Origin: an uncultured Chloroflexia bacterium
Lineage (GTDB): Bacteria; Chloroflexota; Limnocylindria; Limnocylindrales; CSP1-4
Length of the DNA: 64,000 bases
Direction: 5' to 3'
Assembly (NCBI GenBank): GCA_963768655.1
Contig: CAVYIM010000007.1
Location: 96,001 to 160,000 of the forward strand
The notes under the pieces: model-generated
What the model was told of the DNA's origin: nothing
Seen by the model: only the letters and a program-made list of their open reading frames with translations
Databases searched by the model: none
In this document: positions 56,625 through 64,000 of the stretch, piece by piece
How positions within the stretch are numbered: the first letter of the stretch is position 1
Layout: every line of letters begins with the position of its first letter
Program-made: the position numbers and the translations under genes

Positions 56625-57842
56625 TCAGGCGTGCCAGGCGATGCCCCAGATGACGCCGAAATAGACGGAGCCGATGCTCGCCACGATGAGGAGCCGCTCC
56701 GGCCAGCCGACCCAGCGCCGCGACCCGATTGCCATGAGCGCCACGAGGAATGGCGTGAAGTCGAGGGAGTAACGGAAGCCGTACTGGACGAAGCCGCCGC
56801 CGTAATAGAGGAAGACCGGCACGGCGACAAAGGCCGTCGCAATCCACAACAGCTGCGCAGTTCGGTCGCGGATGCCAGCCCAGGCGGACGTCAGCAACGC
56901 CGGCGAGACCAGCAGCATCGACATGCCCCACCTGCTCGGCACCAGGAACGGGAGGCTGTTCATCGTGCCCGGGAGGGCCAGAAAGGCCAGGCGCAGGTTT
57001 TCCGGTATCTGGCGAATCGAGAAAAGGCCCATTGCCCTGCGTTCGACCAGGCTCGGCTGGCTGATGTACGAGATGGCGTAGCCGGATTCGAGCAGGGACC
57101 CGAACCGAACCCAGTTGAACCAGCAATACACGCCCAGGGAGCCGGCGATCGGCAGGCCGAAGGCCACGGCGCTACGCGACGCCGCCCGCAGTTCGTGTCG
57201 CTGCCTCCAGAGAAACACCACTCCAAATGGCGCGGCCGCGATCAGGGTGGTTGGCCGGGCCAGGAAGGATACGGCCAGCATCGCGCCGAGAACCACCGAT
57301 CGGCGGCGACGGCTCCATTCCAGCAGGAAGACCGTCAGCGCCAGGAAGGATTCGGCGTGGGCCAGGTAGTACATGTCGCCGACGACGGAGACGTAGAAGA
57401 GCAGCGATCCGAAGGCGGTGAAAGCCGCGATCCAGTACGCGTCCGTTCCTTTCGCCCCGAATGCGCGGGCGAGCGGCAACGACAGCCACGCCGCCGGAAT
57501 GCCGAAGAGCAGGCAGGCGACGTAGCGGCCGATCCCCTGCAGGGCCGGCACGGCGGCGAACGGCAGGTAGGGGAGCAGCTGCATCGGGCCCAGGGCCAGG
57601 TAGTAGCGGCCGTCGAAGTAGACGGTGTCGACGCCGCCCTTCAGGGCATCGGAGTCAAGATGACCGCTCAGGGCCCGTTCGGCGACGGTCATCATCATGT
57701 CCGGCTTGAGCGAGTCCAGGCTGATGGCCAGGGCCGTCGCCGCCACGTACGCGAAGAGCACCGCGACCCCAAACAGGAGATCCGCGTTGGCGACGCGAGA
57801 GCGGGGTACCGGTAGATGCCGCGACGGGATGGTGACGGTCAT
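56625..57842 (-). CDS. Polytopic membrane protein, GT-C-like (start uncertain)
   Basis: About 11 TM; D..YFDGRYY...GP, NWVRFGS..E.GY, QYGFRYSLDF.P motifs. Confidence 0.65.
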   Translation of the reverse strand: MTVTIPSRHLPVPRSRVANADLLFGVAVLFAYVAATALAISLDSLKPDMMMTVAERALSGHLDSDALKGGVDTVYFDGRYYLALGPMQLLPYLPFAAVPALQGIGRYVACLLFGIPAAWLSLPLARAFGAKGTDAYWIAAFTAFGSLLFYVSVVGDMYYLAHAESFLALTVFLLEWSRRRRSVVLGAMLAVSFLARPTTLIAAAPFGVVFLWRQRHELRAASRSAVAFGLPIAGSLGVYCWFNWVRFGSLLESGYAISYISQPSLVERRAMGLFSIRQIPENLRLAFLALPGTMNSLPFLVPSRWGMSMLLVSPALLTSAWAGIRDRTAQLLWIATAFVAVPVFLYYGGGFVQYGFRYSLDFTPFLVALMAIGSRRWVGWPERLLIVASIGSVYFGVIWGIAWHA

Positions 57843-58047
57843 GGTGATTGGCCAAGGTACGCCAAGGATGCCCGGAGCCGCAACGTCGCCGCGCCACCGC
57901 CGGGGTCCGGCGAAAATGGACCGCGTTGCCCGGAGGGTGAATCGTAGAATCTTCACCAGAGCGACGTTCCTGTCTCCGCTCCGGGCAGCCGGTCGGATGC
58001 CTGGCGGGTGTAGTCCGGATCGGCCCTCCAGAGGAGCGTGAGTAGCC

Positions 58048-59802
58048 TTGAAGCGGGTCTTGCGAACGGCGCCGTCGCTCTCGTTGGTCGCCGCCGCCGC
58101 TCTGCTGCTCTCGCCCGGGCTGTGGCTCGGGCCCGGGTTCGACGCGTCGGTGTACACGCTGGCCGGCGTTCGGATTCGCGACGGGTACATGCCGTACACG
58201 GACCTGTTCGACAACAAGCCGCCAGGCTTGTACCTCCTCAACGCATTCGGCCAGACGCTCCTGCCGTGGCTCGACCCCTGGCTCGTGGCCTGGATCCTGA
58301 GCCTGGTGTTCACGGCCTGCACGATCCTCGTCGTGCGCCGTTTGTTGGGAAGGCGACTGTCGCCCGTTGCCGCCTTCCTGGTGAGCCTGGTATGCCTGGT
58401 GGGGATCGCGTCGTATCCGATCGCCCTGGGCGGTGGTATGACGGAGACGTTCGCGATCCTGCCTCTCGTCCTGGCTCTGTGGGCGGTTTCGACGCTACGA
58501 TCCGGCTGGCGAACGGCCGCTCTTGTCGCGGGTCTTGGGAGCCTTGCTTGCCTGTTCTCGGTGCAGGCTCTACCGGCGTCGCTGGTCCTTGCCGGGGCGG
58601 CGGTGCTCGTCGGCTCGAGGCCGGCGGAGGCCGCTCGCCGTTCCGTGGGCGCCCTCGCCGGCGGATGTTGCGTGCCGCTGGTGATCGCCGGCTGGCTTGC
58701 CGGGCGCGGGGCGATCGGTGACGCCATCGACCAGGTGGTCGTCTACAACGGTTCGTATCGCGACTCGAGCACCGGCCTGGGCCACATGCTGCCCGTCACG
58801 TTTGCCATCCTTGCGTGCCTCGCCATTCCGGTTGCGATTGCCCTCCTGCGCATGTTCCGGGCTCCGCACGAGTTCGATCGTGTGTCGTGGTCGTGCCTTG
58901 TCTGGATCCCGGCGGAGGTCGCGATCATCGACTACGAGAATCGCGTGTTCCTCCACTACCTGATCCTGCTTGTTCCGCCGATCGTCCTCCTGGCGGCCCC
59001 GGGCGTTGAGTGGCTCATATCTGCCGTCCGAGTGTCGCCGAGCAGCAGGCGCAGAAGCCTGCGTCTGGTCGTCGTCAGCGCGGCTCTGGTAATGGTCTAT
59101 GTGTCGGGCCTGACGATCGCCGGCCTGTTCGGCATTACGACCTCCGCCTCGGCACAGGCGCAGGCCGTCACCGAGCGCACCGCGGATTGGATCAAGGCAA
59201 ACACTCCGGCATCGACGACGCTCTTCCTTTGGGGTGACGACACGGACCTGTATCTGGCCGCCGACAGGCGTCCGTACGACAGGCACGTGTACCAGTATCC
59301 GATGGTCACGGCGGGATACTGGTCTGCGGCGAAGACCGCCGCCATCCTGTCGGCGTGGACTGCCTCGCCGCCGCCGGTGATCGTCGAGAGTCCGGCCAAC
59401 GTCCCCATGTTTGCGCCGCAGGCCGACCCCGCGGAGCCGCCCGACTACGACACGCTGGCGCCGCTTCGGAGCTACGTTCACGCTCACTATCGGCTGGCGG
59501 CCACGTTCGGGGGGTCTGACGACTTCGCCGACGTCTATGTCTACGTGCCGTCGAGCTCACAGCCGGCGACGGGCCCGATCGGCTCAATTCGCAGCATGGC
59601 TCCGGATGGGGGCCCCTTGGATGGCCCCTGGGCGCCGTGTATACTCTGCCCAATCTACCGGCCGCTCGTGACGTGGGTGACCCCCACGTCTTTTGTTGAG
59701 TGGCTGGTGGGCCGGGCAGCCGGCCGGCGGTCGAATCCATCAAGTCGGGAGGCGCGAAATGAGTCGAGATTTCGTCGGCGCCCTCCTGCAGCTCAACGCT
59801 GA
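58048..59802 (+). CDS. GT-C/ArnT-PMT-like membrane glycosyltransferase (3' end doubtful)
   Basis: D...Y...G..I..G.MPY.D.FDNKPPG.Y motif, many TM helices, HY.I...PP, C-terminal LFLWG....Y..ADR domain. Confidence 0.78.
   Translation: MKRVLRTAPSLSLVAAAALLLSPGLWLGPGFDASVYTLAGVRIRDGYMPYTDLFDNKPPGLYLLNAFGQTLLPWLDPWLVAWILSLVFTACTILVVRRLLGRRLSPVAAFLVSLVCLVGIASYPIALGGGMTETFAILPLVLALWAVSTLRSGWRTAALVAGLGSLACLFSVQALPASLVLAGAAVLVGSRPAEAARRSVGALAGGCCVPLVIAGWLAGRGAIGDAIDQVVVYNGSYRDSSTGLGHMLPVTFAILACLAIPVAIALLRMFRAPHEFDRVSWSCLVWIPAEVAIIDYENRVFLHYLILLVPPIVLLAAPGVEWLISAVRVSPSSRRRSLRLVVVSAALVMVYVSGLTIAGLFGITTSASAQAQAVTERTADWIKANTPASTTLFLWGDDTDLYLAADRRPYDRHVYQYPMVTAGYWSAAKTAAILSAWTASPPPVIVESPANVPMFAPQADPAEPPDYDTLAPLRSYVHAHYRLAATFGGSDDFADVYVYVPSSSQPATGPIGSIRSMAPDGGPLDGPWAPCILCPIYRPLVTWVTPTSFVEWLVGRAAGRRSNPSSREARNESRFRRRPPAAQR
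59617..59645 (+). promoter_or_regulatory. Sigma70-type promoter of the nusA operon
   Basis: TTGGAT (59617-59622), 17-nt spacer, TATACT (59640-59645). Confidence 0.65.
59670..59694 (+). terminator. Leader terminator/attenuator of the nusA-infB operon
   Basis: Perfect 8-bp stem GACGTGGG-TGACC-CCCACGTC then TTTT, resembling the GTGGG...CCCAC-T-tract leader found before rimP-nusA operons. Confidence 0.78.
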
Positions 59803-60973
59803 GAAGGGGGTCTCACGCGAGCAGCTGATTCGGACCGTCGAGGAGGCCATCCAGTCGGCATACCGCCGGACGCCCGGGGACGAGGACATCCACGTCCGCA
59901 TCGATGCCGAGTCGGGCAAGGTGCGCGTCTTCCGCGCCCGCGTCGTGGCCGATGAAATCGAGGATCCCGCGACTGAGATCAGCGTCGCGGACGCCCAGGC
60001 ATTCCAGCCGGGCGCCGAGCCGGGCGATCTGGTCGAGACCGAACAGCTGGATCAGGAGGCTTTCGGCCGAATCCATGCCCAGACGGCGAAGCAGGTCGTG
60101 CTGCAGCGGCTCCACGAGGCCGAGCGCAACGTCGTCTTCGACCACTACGCCAGCAGCGAAGGCGAGCTGATGACGGGCACCGTCTCCCGTATCGAGCCGC
60201 GCGCCATCATCCTCGACGTCGGCAAGGCCGAGGCGATCCTAGCCACCACGGAACAGTCGCCGCTCGAGCACTACCGCATCGGCCAGAACGTCAAGGCCTT
60301 CGTCCTGGAAGTGCGCCGCAGCGCCAAGGGGCCGCAGATCTATGTCAGCCGGACCCATAAGGGGTTCCTGCGCCGCCTCTTCGAGCTTGAAGTGCCGGAG
60401 ATCCACGGCGGCACGGTCGAAATCAAAGCCATCGCCCGCGAGGCGGGCAGCCGCTCGAAGGTTGCCGTGGCGTCCCGTCAGCCGGGGCTGGATCCGGTGG
60501 GCGCGACCGTGGGTCAGCGAGGCGCGCGCGTTCAGGCCGTCGTGGCCGAGCTGGGTGGGGAGAAGATCGACGTCATCGAATGGTCCGAGGACGCCTCCAC
60601 TTTCGTGGCCAAGGCGCTGAGCCCGGCCCAGGTGATCGAGGTCCGGATCGACGAAGAGCACCGCATCGCCAACGTGGTCGTGCCCGAGCGCATGCTCTCC
60701 CTGGCCATCGGCCGAGAGGGTCAAAACGCTCGTCTGGCAGCCAAGCTGACGGGCTGGCGAATCGACATCCGGAGCGACGTCTCCGTCGCCGAAGCGGCCC
60801 GGGTCGAGGCCGCCCAGACCGCGGCGGCAACGACCACGGAATCGACCGAGGCGGGCGAGACGGCTGCGGACCAGCCGGTCGCGGCGAAGCCCAAGCGCCG
60901 AAAGGCGGCCGCGAAGTCCGAGGACATCGAGCCTGCTGCCGAACCGGCGGTCACCGAGGAGGTGCCGTCGTAG
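59759..60973 (+). CDS. nusA: Transcription factor NusA
   Basis: GGAGG SD; FGRI.AQTAKQV, S1, SRTH, AREAGSRSK, KH (G..GAR), SLAIGREGQNARLAAKLTGW.IDI. Confidence 0.98.
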   Translation: MSRDFVGALLQLNAEKGVSREQLIRTVEEAIQSAYRRTPGDEDIHVRIDAESGKVRVFRARVVADEIEDPATEISVADAQAFQPGAEPGDLVETEQLDQEAFGRIHAQTAKQVVLQRLHEAERNVVFDHYASSEGELMTGTVSRIEPRAIILDVGKAEAILATTEQSPLEHYRIGQNVKAFVLEVRRSAKGPQIYVSRTHKGFLRRLFELEVPEIHGGTVEIKAIAREAGSRSKVAVASRQPGLDPVGATVGQRGARVQAVVAELGGEKIDVIEWSEDASTFVAKALSPAQVIEVRIDEEHRIANVVVPERMLSLAIGREGQNARLAAKLTGWRIDIRSDVSVAEAARVEAAQTAAATTTESTEAGETAADQPVAAKPKRRKAAAKSEDIEPAAEPAVTEEVPS

Positions 60974-61275
60974 CCCGGGGCGCGCCCCCGCGGCGCTATC
61001 CGACCCGATCGTGCGTCGTCTGCCGCCAGCCCCGGCAGAAGCGTGAGCTGACGCGCGTGGTCCGGACGCCGGACGGGCGTGTCGTCCTGGACCCGACAGG
61101 CAGGCTGCCTGGGCGCGGAGCATATGTGTGTGGAACGCAGGAGTGCCGGACGGCGGCACTCGACAAAGGATCGCTCCAGCGCGCGCTGGAAGTGCCGATC
61201 CCGGTGGAGCTCCGGGCCGAGCTGACAGGGGAGGCGAGCAGGATCGAAGCAGGAGGTAGTCGTGGCCAAGAGTAG
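60970..61275 (+). CDS. ylxR: YlxR family RNA-binding protein (no canonical start codon near the SD)
   Basis: PTRSCVVCR....KREL.RVV......V..D......GRGAYVC....C; between nusA and infB. Confidence 0.88.
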   Translation, partial: VARGAPPRRYPTRSCVVCRQPRQKRELTRVVRTPDGRVVLDPTGRLPGRGAYVCGTQECRTAALDKGSLQRALEVPIPVELRAELTGEASRIEAGGSRGQE

Positions 61276-63169
61276 GAGCGGCACGCGGGGCCGTCGTGGT
61301 CCGCGCAAGCCGATGCGCCGCGACGCCGTTGCGCAGGGCGCCGCAGCAGTTCTAGATCCGCGGGAGCGCGGCGCCATCGAGCTGCCTTCGAGCATCACCG
61401 TCAAGGACTTGGCCGATCTGCTGGGGGTCAATCCCGCGGACGTCATCCGCGAGCTCATCAAGAGCGGCATCTTCGCCAACATCAACCAGGGCATCGATCG
61501 CGAGACGGCGTCGCTGGTGGCGGAGGAGCTGGGTTACGAAGTCGCCGAAGTCGCAGTGTCGGGCCAGACTGCCAACGCCGACGGGTCAATGCCCGAGACG
61601 GCACCGGTAAGCGCTGCAACCAAAGAGCAGCTCTACGTGGAGGACGAAGAGTCGCTCCTGCAGCCGCGCGCCCCGATCGTGACCGTCATGGGCCACGTCG
61701 ACCATGGCAAGACGTCCCTGCTCGACGCCATCCGGACCACCAAGGTCGCGGCCGGCGAGCGGGGCGGCATCACCCAGCACATCGGCGCCAGCGAAGTCGT
61801 CAAGGACGGCCGCCACATCGTCTTCCTGGACACGCCGGGTCACGAGGCCTTCACGGCGATGCGCGCCCGCGGCGCGAAGGTCACCGACATCGCCGTCGTG
61901 GTCGTGGCCGCGGACGACGGCGTCATGCCTCAGACGCTCGAGGCGATCGACCACGCCCGCGCAGCAAAGGTCCCGATCATCATCGCCCTCAACAAGATCG
62001 ACAAGCCCGACGCCAACGCCGACCGTGTCAAGAACGGCCTGGCGGAGGCGGGCGTGGTCGTCGAGGAGTACGGCGGCGACGTTCCGATGGTGCCCGTCTC
62101 GGCGAAGGCCCGCCTCGGCATCGACGAGCTGCTCGAAATGATCAATCTCGTGGCGGATCTGCAGGAGCTCAAGGCCAATCCCAAGCGGCCCGCCGTGGGG
62201 ACGATCGTCGAGGCCGAGCTGGACAAGGGACGAGGCCCGGTGGCGACGGCCCTGGTCCAGACAGGGACACTGCGAGTCGGCGACGTCATCGTCGTCGGTG
62301 AGACCTACGGCAAGGTCCGCGCTCTCGAGAACGCCCTGGGCAAGCGCATTACCAAGGCCGGTCCGTCGAGCCCGGCGGTGGTGCTGGGGCTGGCAGACGT
62401 GCCGGAGGCCGGCGACATCCTGCGCGTGGTTGCCGACGAGAAGACAGCCCGCACCATGGTCGAGGAGAGAAAGGCCGCCACGGCCGCCCGCACGGAGGGC
62501 AGCGGCCGCGCCACTCTCGAGGATCTGTACGCGCAGATCCAGGCCGGCCAGACCAAGGAGCTGCGAATCATCCTCAAGACGGACGTGTCGGGGTCGCTCG
62601 GCGCCATCACGCACGCCCTGCAGCAACTCTCCACGGATGAGGTCCGGATCAACGTCCTGCACGAGGCCGCCGGCGATGTGACCGACAACGACATCATGCT
62701 CGCGGCGGCATCCGACGCGATCGTGGTGGCCTTCAGCACGAAGGTGACGGACACCGCCCGGCGCGCTGCGGAGTCCGAGAAGGTCGACGTCCGCCTGTAC
62801 GACATCATCTACAAGCTCACCGACGACATCTCGGCGGCCCTCCGGGGCATGCTCGAGCCAGAGCAGGTCGAAACCGTGGAAGGTCGGGCCGAGGTTCGCC
62901 AGATCTTCAAGGTCGGCAAGGTCGCGGTCATCGCGGGTTGCTACGTGACCGACGGACGGATCGTTCGCGGCGGTGGCGCGCGCGTCTGGCGTGGCGGCAA
63001 GGTGATCACCACGGACAGGATCGAGTCGTTGCGACGATTCCGGGACGACGTCCGCGAGGTCGCCACCAACTTCGAATGCGGCATCGGGCTGGCGGGGTCG
63101 AACGATCTGGTCGAAGGAGACGTCATCGAGTGCTTCACCCAGCAAATGGTGAGCCGGGCGGCGGGTTGA
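61262..63169 (+). CDS. infB: Translation initiation factor IF-2 (short N-terminus)
   Basis: [38 protein letters not shown]. Confidence 0.98.
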   Translation: MAKSRSGTRGRRGPRKPMRRDAVAQGAAAVLDPRERGAIELPSSITVKDLADLLGVNPADVIRELIKSGIFANINQGIDRETASLVAEELGYEVAEVAVSGQTANADGSMPETAPVSAATKEQLYVEDEESLLQPRAPIVTVMGHVDHGKTSLLDAIRTTKVAAGERGGITQHIGASEVVKDGRHIVFLDTPGHEAFTAMRARGAKVTDIAVVVVAADDGVMPQTLEAIDHARAAKVPIIIALNKIDKPDANADRVKNGLAEAGVVVEEYGGDVPMVPVSAKARLGIDELLEMINLVADLQELKANPKRPAVGTIVEAELDKGRGPVATALVQTGTLRVGDVIVVGETYGKVRALENALGKRITKAGPSSPAVVLGLADVPEAGDILRVVADEKTARTMVEERKAATAARTEGSGRATLEDLYAQIQAGQTKELRIILKTDVSGSLGAITHALQQLSTDEVRINVLHEAAGDVTDNDIMLAAASDAIVVAFSTKVTDTARRAAESEKVDVRLYDIIYKLTDDISAALRGMLEPEQVETVEGRAEVRQIFKVGKVAVIAGCYVTDGRIVRGGGARVWRGGKVITTDRIESLRRFRDDVREVATNFECGIGLAGSNDLVEGDVIECFTQQMVSRAAG

Positions 63170-63212
63170 CCCGTCGCCGCGACCCCTGCCGGAGTCGGAG
63201 TAAGCGAGCCCG

Positions 63213-63773
63213 ATGAGCCAACGAACCGAACGAATCGACGAGCTTCTTCGCCAGGAGATCGGGCGGGCGCTAGAGGGCGAGCTGGCCGATCCCGGGATCG
63301 GCTTCGTCACCGTCACCGACGTCGAGACGAGCCCGGATCTGGCCCACGCGCGCGTCTGGGTGAGTGTCATCGGGACGGAGGAGCAGCGCAAAGAAACGCT
63401 GGCGGCGCTGCGTCGGGCGATGCCGTACGTCCGTCACGGCCTCAACTCGAAGATTCGGCTGCGGCGGATACCCGAACTCGACGTCCGCCTGGACGATTCG
63501 ATCGAACGGGGGACGCGAGTGCTGCATCTGATCAACGAGCTCGAGGCCGGACGTGATCCGGAGGAGGCCGCGGCCCCGCTCGAGTCGCTTCCGACCCCGG
63601 TCGCACGTTTGCCCCACGAGGGCGACGTACCCGAACCTGGCTCTGCCGTGCTCCCGCCGTCGAAGCCCAGAACGAAGCCGGGGCGCCGGCCGGCGGCCGG
63701 CCGAGGCGGGAAATCCGGGTCGAAGCCGGCGTCAAAGCCCGGTCGCGGAGACGGCCGGAGAGGAAGCCGATGA
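63213..63773 (+). CDS. rbfA: Ribosome-binding factor A with a basic C-terminal tail
   Basis: RTERI..LL..EI, DP.I..VTVT.V..SPDL..A.V, LRRIPEL...DDS. Confidence 0.96.
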   Translation: MSQRTERIDELLRQEIGRALEGELADPGIGFVTVTDVETSPDLAHARVWVSVIGTEEQRKETLAALRRAMPYVRHGLNSKIRLRRIPELDVRLDDSIERGTRVLHLINELEAGRDPEEAAAPLESLPTPVARLPHEGDVPEPGSAVLPPSKPRTKPGRRPAAGRGGKSGSKPASKPGRGDGRRGSR

Positions 63774-64000
63774 GCGCCACCGAGCCGCGTGTCGATCTCT
63801 CCGAGTTCGCGGCCGCGGTGCCCCAGGAGGTGGTTGACCGCCTTCGAGCCGGGCGGCGGGTTCTGACGATCTGCCACGAGAACCCCGAGGCCGATGCGCT
63901 CGGTTCTGCGCTCGCGATCGCGCTGCTGGTCGAAGCGGGTGGGGGAGTGGCCACGCCCGTGTGCGCGGACCCGATGCCGGCGGTGTACGGCTTCCTGCCG
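63770..64000 (+). CDS. DHH family phosphoesterase (NrnA-like), 3' truncated
   Basis: ATGA overlap with rbfA; VL.ICHENPEADALGSA; typical position after rbfA. Confidence 0.85.
   Translation, partial: MSATEPRVDLSEFAAAVPQEVVDRLRAGRRVLTICHENPEADALGSALAIALLVEAGGGVATPVCADPMPAVYGFLP

Overview
A very GC-rich bacterial chromosomal window. Gene content (short EF-Ts, archaeal/eukaryote-type ProRS, MurE with an EDPR motif, nusB-acpP-rnc order) suggests Chloroflexota; this is an inference, not a database result. 1-20 kb is accessory: secreted/repeat proteins, an O-methyltransferase, a PLP dehydratase, a 35-aa membrane peptide, a serpin C-terminal remnant, a TetR/ABC exporter operon, a PAS hybrid kinase split by one amber codon, EamA, an LCP protein, and two tandem Ig-like+CAP genes that share an apparently identical 1,190-bp promoter/N-terminal block but have divergent C-terminal CAP domains. 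20-64 kb is almost all core genes on the + strand: topA-xerC-femX-murE, rel, rpmF-plsX-asp23-nusB-acpP-rnc-smc-ftsY-ffh, rpsP-khpA-rimM-trmD-rplS-rnhB-yraN, rpsB-tsf-pyrH-frr-uppS-cdsA-dxr-rseP-ispG-proS, two GT-C-like membrane genes, then nusA-ylxR-infB-rbfA-DHH. Main observations: (1) the constant-stalk/variable-tip CAP gene pair; (2) all five frameshifts I found sit at a GAATC/GATTC motif, and the amber codon is one substitution away from it, suggesting base-calling errors at a DNA-modification motif; (3) a small peptide resembling a type I toxin, with an occluded SD; (4) two genes whose best SD points to a GTA codon; (5) several apparently leaderless genes. No rRNA, tRNA, CRISPR array or transposase was recognised.
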